From: a virus
Lineage: Duplodnaviria; Heunggongvirae; Uroviricota; Caudoviricetes
Virus record (IMG/VR): IMGVR_UViG_2667527582_000006
Strand: one strand, 5' to 3'
DNA: 20,040 nucleotides
A program made the position numbers and the translations under genes. Shown here in pieces: positions 1 to 7,428 of this stretch. Positions within the stretch are counted from its first letter, which is position 1, and every line of letters starts with the position of its first letter. Under the pieces are notes generated by a model. It searched no databases, was not told the origin of the DNA, and worked only from the letters and a program-made list of their open reading frames with translations.

Positions 1-1
1 A

Positions 2-1297
2 TTAATTTTTCATTGCTTCGTTATGGGGCATGGTTGGGGCAAACTCGCTTAACTGTGTATTTAACAAAGCTACCTGTGCATTATTGTTTTCAGACATCCA
101 TTTTCCGTATACCTGAAATACCATTTGCGCATCTGCATGGCCCATCTGGTTTGCTATAAATGCCGGGTTAGCACCAGCTGTCAGCGACCAGCAGGCATAA
201 GTATGTCTCGACTGATATGATTTTCGATGGCGGAGTCCGGCACGTTTTATCGCTGCGTCCCACATCTGCCTTATTGAGTCAACGGTAAAATGGTCACCAT
301 AATTTTTTACTCTCGCTGACACTTCAGGTTGAAAAACAAAGGTGCATTTATGTTTTTCTGTTCTGCCATACTCTCTGAGGTGAACATCAATGATATGCTC
401 TTTGCTCAGTCTCGTTAATGTCATCTGACTCCGGAGAGCGTCGATTGCTGGCTTAATAAGATGAATGACCCGATTGGTTCCCGCCTGTGTTTTTGGTACC
501 GTGAAACGGTCTTTTGCTAAATTTCTCCTGATCATCATTGTTCCATTTTTCAGATCTATGTCCTCCCATCCAAGTGCACACAGCTCACCAGGGCGAACGC
601 CAGTATAAACAGAAACACACCATAAATTTTTGGCTTGCTGATTTCTGCACGCATCGATAAGACGGATGAATTCCTCCCGCGAAAGAGGATCCGGAATGGT
701 TCTTGATTCCTTTAATGGCGAGATCCCCTTAAACGGGTTATCTGCCAGGTAACCGTTATCAACACCAAACTGGAACACGGCGTTAAGATTTGTCATGTAA
801 TTATTTACAGTTACAGCCGATCTCCCTGGTTGTGTAACAATATAGTTACTTTTGGGGATCTGGTATCCAGTCAGTAGCTCTTTACGAACCTCCAGTAATT
901 TTTCTTTATTAATCGATGAGGCAAGATTTTTTTCACCGATTATGCTCAGGATATTTTTGATGACGGCACGGTATGTGTTGAGTGATGTTTTTGCGACTTC
1001 AGTTTCTTTCAGTGCCAGAAATTTTTCAGCCAGTTCTTTTATGGTTAAATCTTGTCGGGTCTCACCAAATTTTTCCAGATTGCGTGAGGAGGGAAACTGT
1101 TTTGCATAGTCGAAAACACCAGTTTTTATTGCGTAACAAACAGAGGCGCGTAGCTCACCTGCAACGCGCCTGTTTTTTGCTGTGTCAGGAACCCCCAGGT
1201 TTTCCCTGACTCTTACGCCTTTATAAACAAACCAGATACGTAATTTCCCTCCATGGTTTTCCACGCCTGTCGGATATTTCATTTCAATTTCTCTCAT
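2..1297 (-). CDS. Phage tyrosine integrase (site-specific recombinase)
   Basis: 431-aa ORF; N-terminal arm-type DNA-binding region (GKLRIWFVYKGVRVRENLG); C-terminal catalytic region with R...HxxR...Y pattern (RHTYACW, YGKW). Alternative start at 1282 (MKYPTG). Confidence 0.85.
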   Translation of the reverse strand: MREIEMKYPTGVENHGGKLRIWFVYKGVRVRENLGVPDTAKNRRVAGELRASVCYAIKTGVFDYAKQFPSSRNLEKFGETRQDLTIKELAEKFLALKETEVAKTSLNTYRAVIKNILSIIGEKNLASSINKEKLLEVRKELLTGYQIPKSNYIVTQPGRSAVTVNNYMTNLNAVFQFGVDNGYLADNPFKGISPLKESRTIPDPLSREEFIRLIDACRNQQAKNLWCVSVYTGVRPGELCALGWEDIDLKNGTMMIRRNLAKDRFTVPKTQAGTNRVIHLIKPAIDALRSQMTLTRLSKEHIIDVHLREYGRTEKHKCTFVFQPEVSARVKNYGDHFTVDSIRQMWDAAIKRAGLRHRKSYQSRHTYACWSLTAGANPAFIANQMGHADAQMVFQVYGKWMSENNNAQVALLNTQLSEFAPTMPHNEAMKN

Positions 1298-1316
1298 TAG
1301 TTAGTGTGGCTTTTAG

Positions 1317-1568
1317 TCAAGTAAGATGACGTCTTGGTCTTGCTGATGCCTGGCGCTCAATCCAGCGATCAATTTCTTCCAGGTTGTAAAAGCATGGACT
1401 GTTATCCCATGGCATACCGTCATGAGCGACATGCTTATATTCCCTTCCTTCCATAAACGATTTTTCCCGGGCCTTTTTTAACGTACCTTTTTTTATTCCT
1501 TTCAGCGCAATTAACTGCTCTTCGGATACCCATTTGCCGGGAGAGACAATCATGATTACTTCGCTCAT
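1317..1568 (-). CDS. Excisionase-like small DNA-binding protein
   Basis: 83-aa basic ORF directly upstream of int on the same strand, 19-nt gap; position and size typical of Xis. Confidence 0.5.
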   Translation of the reverse strand: MSEVIMIVSPGKWVSEEQLIALKGIKKGTLKKAREKSFMEGREYKHVAHDGMPWDNSPCFYNLEEIDRWIERQASARPRRHLT

Positions 1569-1640
1569 CGATTTCTTTATCTCTTACATCAGACGAGCGC
1601 CGGTTGCAGAATACCAGTCACAACCGGCGACAGTTGAACA

Positions 1641-4112
1641 TTAAGAATCAGCCTGACTCGGGATCAGTTTTTGCCAGATAACTGAAACGTATTTTGCCTG
1701 GTAACGGGCGTCATCAAGTGCATTATGGCGCTCACCTTCGAATGGAATAGCCGTTCTGGCATCGAAGTCTATGGCTTTCCCCAGCTCAACGATTGTGCGT
1801 ACATCGCGATCGTTGTAGTAACGCCACGGGCAGGGGATCCCCTGCCGTTCGTATGAACGGCGCAAAATCGTGTTGTCGAAGTTGGCTCCATTTCCCCAGA
1901 CCTGAACAAAAAATTCACCGGAGTTTTCGTCGATAAATTCCCACAATTGTAACAGTGCATCATCTAACGGGATTTCATCGGTCATAATGGCAGATTGCGC
2001 TTCGCGTGATTGCTTAAGCCACCATTTAATGGTGTCCCGATCAATGACTCCGCCAGCAGTTTCCAGATCGATAGTCTTACTAAATTCCGGTCCCATATCT
2101 CCGGTTTGCGGATCGAAAAATATTGCACCTATTGAGATGATCGGGGCATCAGGATTTTTTCCCATGGTTTCAAGGTCGATCATTAGATGGTCACACGTCC
2201 TGCTGGTGGATGTGATTTCTTGATGACCGTTCACCTTAATTGAGTGATCTGCCGTCTCGCCAGTTTCATTATCGCTATCGTGATGCTGATTGCCGCCAGT
2301 GTTCTCCTTGTGTGGATGTTCAGCGCCTTCCATTTCCTCCGGATCATCTTCCTGAACTTCAATCTGATACTCTTCATCGAATGTTTCCTGGTATGTTGCG
2401 TCGCCCATTACCGCGCCACAATCAGGGCAGTTGCCGCCGCCGGTCTGACCGCAGGCGGTGCAGACTTTTTCCACTTCCTGTTGCGCCACTGATTCAGGCT
2501 GTTTCGTTTCTGGCTCGTTTTGTAACGCATTTGGGCTGTTTTGTTCCGCTTTTTGGTAGTTCCGTTCCGATTCATGCTGGTTCTGGTTCACAGAATCGCG
2601 GGTCTGGATCCCCTTAACCCATTTCGGATCATTCGGGTCACTAATCCCTTCAACAAATTCACCACGTGATGCAGCAAGCAACTTATCGGCGTCAGGCTGG
2701 ATGATATTGGCTGCCTGCATAATTTTGTTTACTTCGTCAGCGGTAACTTTTATCGGCTCTGGTTGTTCTGAATCTTCAGCGGTATCTACATTTTGCGGTA
2801 AGCCCGTGTATGTGCCATTTTTTCGGGCAAAATATTCTTCTTTTGTGATTTCAGTGGCGCCAGCAGCCAGTGCCTTATCCAGACCAGAAAGTTTGTTTGC
2901 GCGACCGTATTTTTCTCCGTCCTTATCTGCGAAGAGGAAATAGAACGGCCCCTCACGCTCTACAGATGGTTCAGCTTCCGGCGCGGTTTCATTTTTTGGG
3001 ATATCAGATACCTCAGTTTCCACTGCATCAGTTTGTGTTTCTGATGACTGGAGAACATCAACAGTGCCCAGGTCTGTTTCTTCATTCTCAAACACGCCCT
3101 TTGTCGTCAGGTATTCGCAGATATATTTGTTCAGTGCTACGGGATCTTTGTGAATGTCGATCGGACGCTCACGGACAAGGCCAAAAATAGTTTGGCGGTC
3201 GTAGCGAAGGGCATCAGGCTGTTTGCGCATTGATGCCGAGATACGCTTCCAGTCTTCGCGGTCGTTGTCGATAACTTCATTTTTTGCCCAGCGATGGATG
3301 CTGCCGTCAATGTTTCCGGCATCCACATCACCAGGCCAGAGAGCGTAGGCCAGTTCGTCATCCAGTGTTTTCCATGTCTGCTTGTATTCGCGATGAATGG
3401 CAGCAATGACCGGGCTGATTTTTCCTGTTGAATTTTCAGTGTACTGTTGATTGGCTCTGGCGCGGGCGAGATCAACAACAGACGTGTATTTTCCGGTTTC
3501 CTTGCGTTCACCTTCGCGACGTTTTTTCCAGATGCGCATCTCTGCCTGAATTTCGGGCCATTTAGCACCAGGAATACATTTATGCTTAACCCACCCAATG
3601 GCGTGCAACTTAAGCTCCGGATACATGGCGTTAACTTCTGGCATTTTCATCAACGCTTCAACGATATGTCCGTCGAATGTTGCCATGTCTTCCTGCAACA
3701 ATTCCTGTGCGCTAATAACCATATCAACGGTGATGTTTTCACATGTGTCGAACTTAACCATGACAGCGTTCTGTACTTCAGGGGCCAGCTTGTCAAAAGT
3801 GACGTTCATCGGATCGGATTCAGTCTCAACCGGGACAAAAGAAGCAGACTCCTCATCCCAGCGGTTTTCCTGCATATATTCAGCATCCCATGAATCGAGG
3901 GCAGGGCGGGGTATGCCAGGTTTATCCTCGCAGACAATAAATTTATAAGCGCAGTCCTGAGCAGCCGGATAATGTTCCAGGAATTGCCAGTGAAATTTTG
4001 CTCGAGCACGGCGTTCGTCGCCAGCTTCAATGGCTGTGGCTACAGCCACAGCGCCTTCTTCCCTTGTTGCCAGTTCGTCAGGAATAGCGGCGCAAATAAA
4101 GACTTTACTCAT
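1641..4112 (-). CDS. Exodeoxyribonuclease VIII-like protein: N-terminal region, RecE-like middle segment, C-terminal DnaQ-like (DEDDh) 3'-5' exonuclease domain
   Basis: Central DADKLLAASRGEFVEGISDPNDPKWVKGIQTRD and CTACGQTGGGNCPDCGAVMGDATYQETF segments match remembered RecE. C-terminus has MIDLETMG (DxE), WGNGANFD and HNALDDARYQ (H-x4-D) motifs. Start taken at M13 (4112), which has a GAGG 8 nt upstream; ORF is open to 4148. Confidence 0.8.
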   Translation of the reverse strand: MSKVFICAAIPDELATREEGAVAVATAIEAGDERRARAKFHWQFLEHYPAAQDCAYKFIVCEDKPGIPRPALDSWDAEYMQENRWDEESASFVPVETESDPMNVTFDKLAPEVQNAVMVKFDTCENITVDMVISAQELLQEDMATFDGHIVEALMKMPEVNAMYPELKLHAIGWVKHKCIPGAKWPEIQAEMRIWKKRREGERKETGKYTSVVDLARARANQQYTENSTGKISPVIAAIHREYKQTWKTLDDELAYALWPGDVDAGNIDGSIHRWAKNEVIDNDREDWKRISASMRKQPDALRYDRQTIFGLVRERPIDIHKDPVALNKYICEYLTTKGVFENEETDLGTVDVLQSSETQTDAVETEVSDIPKNETAPEAEPSVEREGPFYFLFADKDGEKYGRANKLSGLDKALAAGATEITKEEYFARKNGTYTGLPQNVDTAEDSEQPEPIKVTADEVNKIMQAANIIQPDADKLLAASRGEFVEGISDPNDPKWVKGIQTRDSVNQNQHESERNYQKAEQNSPNALQNEPETKQPESVAQQEVEKVCTACGQTGGGNCPDCGAVMGDATYQETFDEEYQIEVQEDDPEEMEGAEHPHKENTGGNQHHDSDNETGETADHSIKVNGHQEITSTSRTCDHLMIDLETMGKNPDAPIISIGAIFFDPQTGDMGPEFSKTIDLETAGGVIDRDTIKWWLKQSREAQSAIMTDEIPLDDALLQLWEFIDENSGEFFVQVWGNGANFDNTILRRSYERQGIPCPWRYYNDRDVRTIVELGKAIDFDARTAIPFEGERHNALDDARYQAKYVSVIWQKLIPSQADS

Positions 4113-4204
4113 TTGTTTTAACCTCATGACAGATTTAAGGATGAACAAATCCCTGCCATTGCTGGCATATAAGAATGAAACCGGATATTTATTACGGAAC
4201 TGTT

Positions 4205-4396
4205 TTAAAGACCTGCCGGGATTTCGATATTATCCTGGTGAATAACTTTATCGACCGGGTAACAGTTACCGGGAATTTTCTGTTCGGTTGCTGCAGTCAT
4301 ACACTCCTGCATTGTCCTGTGAACACTGACTGCAATATCAACTGGCTCTCCGGAAACAAGAAAAACTGTCAGAACAAGCACAAATGCTGAATTCAT
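4205..4396 (-). CDS. ydfD: Small exported/membrane protein, YdfD-like (63 aa)
   Basis: MNSAFVLVLTVFLVSGEPV signal-like N-terminus; ATG overlaps the dicB stop (ATGA); size and position downstream of dicB match remembered ydfD. Confidence 0.55.
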   Translation of the reverse strand: MNSAFVLVLTVFLVSGEPVDIAVSVHRTMQECMTAATEQKIPGNCYPVDKVIHQDNIEIPAGL

Positions 4397-4581
4397 TGTG
4401 CACATCCTTTTGGCATCAGACGTAAACGAGCCAGCATTGAAACAATGCATATTTTATTTAATAGCTCCCGTTCTTGTTTTCTCTTGTTAATGGCATCTTC
4501 AGTAAATACTGGGTTACTGATAGTGACACCAATTTCAAAACAACCTTCAGACGTATTAACGTTTGGTAATAACGTTTTCAT
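4393..4581 (-). CDS. dicB: Cell-division inhibitor DicB (62 aa)
   Basis: MKTLLPNVNTSEGCFEIGVTISNPVFTEDAINKRKQERELLNKICIVSMLARLRLMPKGCAQ; GAGGA 8 nt upstream of ATG; immediately downstream of DicF. Confidence 0.7.
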   Translation of the reverse strand: MKTLLPNVNTSEGCFEIGVTISNPVFTEDAINKRKQERELLNKICIVSMLARLRLMPKGCAQ

Positions 4582-4750
4582 TATCGCGTCCTCAACAATG
4601 AATTTTGTGATGCAGTGCCTGGTGCCTCCAGGTGACGTTAACCAGTTAACAATTAACGCCGGATACAGAGAATCCACCCATAACACTGTTTTTGGTTTTA
4701 ACTGTTCCGCGTGCGCTCAGCCGCATTCACCACATCACAAAATTCACTTT

Positions 4751-4808
4751 AAAAAGGGCGGCAGAGCAGTCACGGAGTAAAACTGATACCGCCAAACGTC
4801 ACCAGAAA
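4751..4808 (-). ncRNA. dicF: DicF small regulatory RNA
   Basis: Minus-strand sequence UUUCUGGUGACGUUUGGCGGUAUCAGUUUUACUCCGUGACUGCUCUGCCGCCCUUUUU matches remembered DicF, with a 3' U-tract; sits between ydfC and dicB as in Qin. Confidence 0.7.
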
Positions 4809-5148
4809 ATTGATAACAGAGGGCGTTGCAGCGGGGTTGTCACTTAAGCGTATGGTCAACCTGACAACCCGGTGTCCTCAACGGGGAAGAAATAACCCCG
4901 CCATACTTACCGCCGCACCATTTCGCGGGTTGCCACAACCGGAAGCGCACGGTCGACGAAAATTTAACGACAGGCTATCTATGAACCAGCTACCTCGCCG
5001 TGCGCTTTCGCGTTATGGTCTGACTTTTCAGGGAAATATCCTTTCAGTAAACTGTCAGTGCCGGATGCTCACCCGTGTCCGGCGCACGCACTCCACCTCA
5101 CCCGTGGAGAACTCCTTAATTACCAACCTTAGCTTCGTTGGTTAGCTA

Positions 5149-5367
5149 TTAACGCGGGTATGTAATCATTCTGGCAATGCTTAATGCCGCTGCTTTTTCC
5201 AGATTGGTGATATCCTGCTCCAGAGCGGACAGATTTTCAGCCTGCTTAGCCCTGGCTTCATTGGCCCATTTCAGATCCTGCGCTGCATTAATTTTCTGGC
5301 GCATCCACTCATAAAGTTCATCATCGGTATAGTCTGGCGCGATGATGACGGGTTCTCGTTTCTGCAT
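5149..5367 (-). CDS. ydfC: Small prophage protein, YdfC-like (72 aa)
   Basis: ORF with GAGGAA RBS; size and operon position (ydfA-ydfB-ydfC-dicF-dicB) match. Confidence 0.55.
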   Translation of the reverse strand: MQKREPVIIAPDYTDDELYEWMRQKINAAQDLKWANEARAKQAENLSALEQDITNLEKAAALSIARMITYPR

Positions 5368-5396
5368 ACTGATTCCTCGCGGTGCTGTTTCGCTTA

Positions 5397-5525
5397 TCAG
5401 CCGTTAGATTTTGCCGAACTGGAAAGCGCCTGTTTAAATTCGTTGAAGCTGTGAGCTTCTTCGCCTTCGGCAAGGCCTTCGAAGTATTCTTCGTAAGCCT
5501 TTTCCATGATTGTGTCAAAATCCAT
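5397..5525 (-). CDS. ydfB: Small acidic protein, YdfB-like (42 aa), not in the ORF track
   Basis: Manual translation MDFDTIMEKAYEEYFEGLAEGEEAHSFNEFKQALSSSAKSNG; GGTGAG RBS 7 nt upstream; start 1 nt after the ydfA stop. Confidence 0.5.
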   Translation of the reverse strand: MDFDTIMEKAYEEYFEGLAEGEEAHSFNEFKQALSSSAKSNG

Positions 5526-5526
5526 A

Positions 5527-5682
5527 TCACTCACCTGAGTTTCTTTCCAGCCAGCGACGGGCACCATTTTCGGTTTTAAACGTTTTGCTTTTGGTATACG
5601 TCATTGCGGTGAAGGTGCCGTCCTGGTTTGGAAACACGCCGTACACCAGAGATTCGTTGTTGCCAAGATCGATAGTATCCAT
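5527..5682 (-). CDS. ydfA: Small protein, YdfA-like (51 aa)
   Basis: Internal start MDTIDLGNNESLVYGVFPNQDG... with GAGG 6 nt upstream; first gene of the leftward operon; size matches. Confidence 0.55.
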   Translation of the reverse strand: MDTIDLGNNESLVYGVFPNQDGTFTAMTYTKSKTFKTENGARRWLERNSGE

Positions 5683-5889
5683 GCTGACCTCATTTCCCCT
5701 TAACGCCGGGGTAGCGGAACAAAAACCTGCTGCATAGTTATTAAAGTTGAACCCTGCCGTCATGTTCTTACGCCTCGGGCTGGCTACTTAACCCCTGACC
5801 ACTGCCTGGTAACTCGAAGTATTGCCCTGCATTCTGTAGGATGGGGTGAGGGAATGAATGAAGTTTAGAAAGACGAACTTTCCAGGTCA

Positions 5890-5909
5890 ATGTTTTTTTA
5901 TCAAAACAT
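5890..5909. promoter_or_regulatory. Putative left operator (OL-like): palindrome ATGTTTT-N6-AAAACAT
   Basis: Perfect 7-bp inverted arms, 6-bp spacer, upstream of the leftward ydfA operon; same motif recurs at the cI/cro intergenic region. Confidence 0.4.
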
Positions 5910-5974
5910 TTTAAGCAGGCAGCTGTTAAGCCATCACCACGATGGCATACAGTTAATCAAATAGATGAGGTTGG

Positions 5975-6613
5975 TTAAATATCTTGTTGAATTTTAAAGC
6001 ATACGCCCAATATGCAAGATAGATCATCCAGCATAATTGAAGGGTAGCGAGGATTCGTGGGGACTAAAAGAATATCCGGCCCTTCTATCTCCAGTTTACG
6101 AATGACAGGTGTTGTGGTCCCTTTGGGTAAGGCAAGGACAATATTTCCTGGTTGTACGGTTCGATCGGGATCAACAAAAACTGTTGAACCATTTGGGATG
6201 GAAACTCCCCCACCAGATGTTGACATACTGTCACTCTCTAGAACAACTGCAAAGGTATTGACCGGGATTTCTCCGACAAGCTGCACACAAGAGGTTATTG
6301 AGGAATTTTTCATATAATCACTCCAGCTTGCTGCCTGCTGAAGTGATAGTAGCGGAACCGTTTTTATCGGCGGTAAAGATAGATCAAGCGAATCACCTGT
6401 ATTTAACTCTCCTCCATTAAGAAGCCAATTTTCGTTTACTTTCAATATTTTTGCCAGTGAACTTATGTAACGCGAGGACGGCGCTCCTCCACCGTTCATC
6501 CATTGACTTACGGAGCCTTTTGATGCGCCAGTGCCATTGACAAGGTCTTTGCCTTTCAGGTTTAGCGCATGCATACGTTGGGTTATGCGTTCAGATATAG
6601 TTTGCTTGCTCAT
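5975..6613 (-). CDS. CI-like prophage repressor (N-terminal HTH, C-terminal S24/LexA-like autopeptidase)
   Basis: 212 aa; HTH region KDLVNGTGASKGSVSQWMNG; S24-like region with Ser in VVLESDSMS and Lys in PVIRKLE; divergent from cro-like gene. Confidence 0.85.
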   Translation of the reverse strand: MSKQTISERITQRMHALNLKGKDLVNGTGASKGSVSQWMNGGGAPSSRYISSLAKILKVNENWLLNGGELNTGDSLDLSLPPIKTVPLLSLQQAASWSDYMKNSSITSCVQLVGEIPVNTFAVVLESDSMSTSGGGVSIPNGSTVFVDPDRTVQPGNIVLALPKGTTTPVIRKLEIEGPDILLVPTNPRYPSIMLDDLSCILGVCFKIQQDI

Positions 6614-6676
6614 GTTTTGATTTTAAAACACAGATGGTTTTGTTTCTTGACTTTCTTTGGTTTTGATTATTAAACT
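6612..6676. promoter_or_regulatory. Putative OR-like operator/promoter region between cI and cro
   Basis: ATGTTTTgattttAAAACAC at 6612-6631 overlaps the cI start codon; two further GGTTTTG(A/T)TT half-site-like repeats at about 6637 and 6659. Confidence 0.45.
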
Positions 6677-6704
6677 TTTGACGTTCAGTTTTATGGAGCG
6701 ACTC

Positions 6705-6935
6705 ATGAAAAAATCAGAAGTATTAGGCTATTTTGGCGGAGTTGTTAAAACAGCCGCAGCTCTAGGAACGTCAAAAACCACAGTCAGCATGTGGGGGGAA
6801 GAGGTTCCGTGGAAATGGGCGTTGCTAATTCAGGCAGTCACTGCCGGGGCGCTCAAATATGAGTTACACATACCGACGGTTGTCATTCCCGGTTCTGATC
6901 ATAATCCGCCTTCTAACCAAGGGGGGGATTCATGA
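6705..6935 (+). CDS. Cro-like HTH regulator (76 aa)
   Basis: MKKSEVLGYFGGVVKTAAALGTSKTTVSMWGEEVP... resembles P22-type Cro; GGAG 6 nt upstream; divergent from the repressor. Confidence 0.7.
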   Translation: MKKSEVLGYFGGVVKTAAALGTSKTTVSMWGEEVPWKWALLIQAVTAGALKYELHIPTVVIPGSDHNPPSNQGGDS

Positions 6936-7357
6936 AAATCAAGCATGAACACATCCGCATGGCGATGAATGCCTGGGCGCATCCGGACGGCGAAAAAGTA
7001 CCGGCTGCGAAAATTACCAAAGCGTATTTCGAGCTGGGAATGACGTTCCCGGAACTGTATGACGACAGCCATCCGGAAGCCCTGGCTCGCAATACCCAGA
7101 AAATTTTCCGCTGGGTAGAGAAAGACACCCCTGATGCAGTTGAAAAAATTCAGGCGTTGTTACCAGCGATCGAAAAGGCAATGCCACCTTTGCTGGTGGC
7201 CAGAATGCGCAGCCACAGTTCAGCTTATTTTCGGGAGCTGGTGGAGACGCGGGAGCGACTGGTGAGAGACGCTGATGATTTTGTCGCAGTGGCAATCGCC
7301 GGTTTCAATCAGATGAACCGTGGTGGCCCGGCAGGAAATGCTGTGGCAGTACATTGA
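6932..7357 (+). CDS. CII-like / YdaT-like regulatory protein (141 aa)
   Basis: ATG overlaps the cro stop (ATGA); G-rich SD; position after cro matches CII/YdaT of Rac-type immunity regions. Confidence 0.5.
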   Translation: MKIKHEHIRMAMNAWAHPDGEKVPAAKITKAYFELGMTFPELYDDSHPEALARNTQKIFRWVEKDTPDAVEKIQALLPAIEKAMPPLLVARMRSHSSAYFRELVETRERLVRDADDFVAVAIAGFNQMNRGGPAGNAVAVH

Positions 7358-7428
7358 CTGACAATAGCCATATCGAATCGCTTCCGGCAACTCGTGAGTA
7401 AAAAGATTCGGTATCAGAAGAGGTGAGT

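Noticed and set aside
852-1209. Plus-strand ORFs 852..1109 and 982..1209
   Set aside because: Lie entirely antisense within the integrase gene; low-complexity, no RBS; treated as shadow ORFs.
1769-3948. Multiple 60-150 aa ORFs on both strands inside 1641..4148 (for example 1987..2223, 2240..2617, 3137..3598, 3447..3893)
   Set aside because: All are embedded in or antisense to the well-supported 822/835-aa exonuclease ORF; compositions are typical of out-of-frame translation.
4445-5145. Plus-strand ORFs 4445..4780 and 4810..5145
   Set aside because: They overlap dicB and DicF on the opposite strand and the structured spacer; Arg-rich, no RBS; the region is better explained by the minus-strand dicB operon and DicF.
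5321-5763. Track ORFs 5321..5530 (minus), 5382..5579 (plus) and the long form 5527..5763
   Set aside because: The compact, RBS-supported reading gives ydfA (5527-5682), ydfB (5397-5525) and ydfC (5149-5367); the listed alternatives are out of frame or 5' extensions without an RBS.
6657-6704. Upstream extension of the cro-like ORF (start at 6657 or 6693)
   Set aside because: The ATG at 6705 has a well-spaced GGAG; the upstream part overlaps the operator region.
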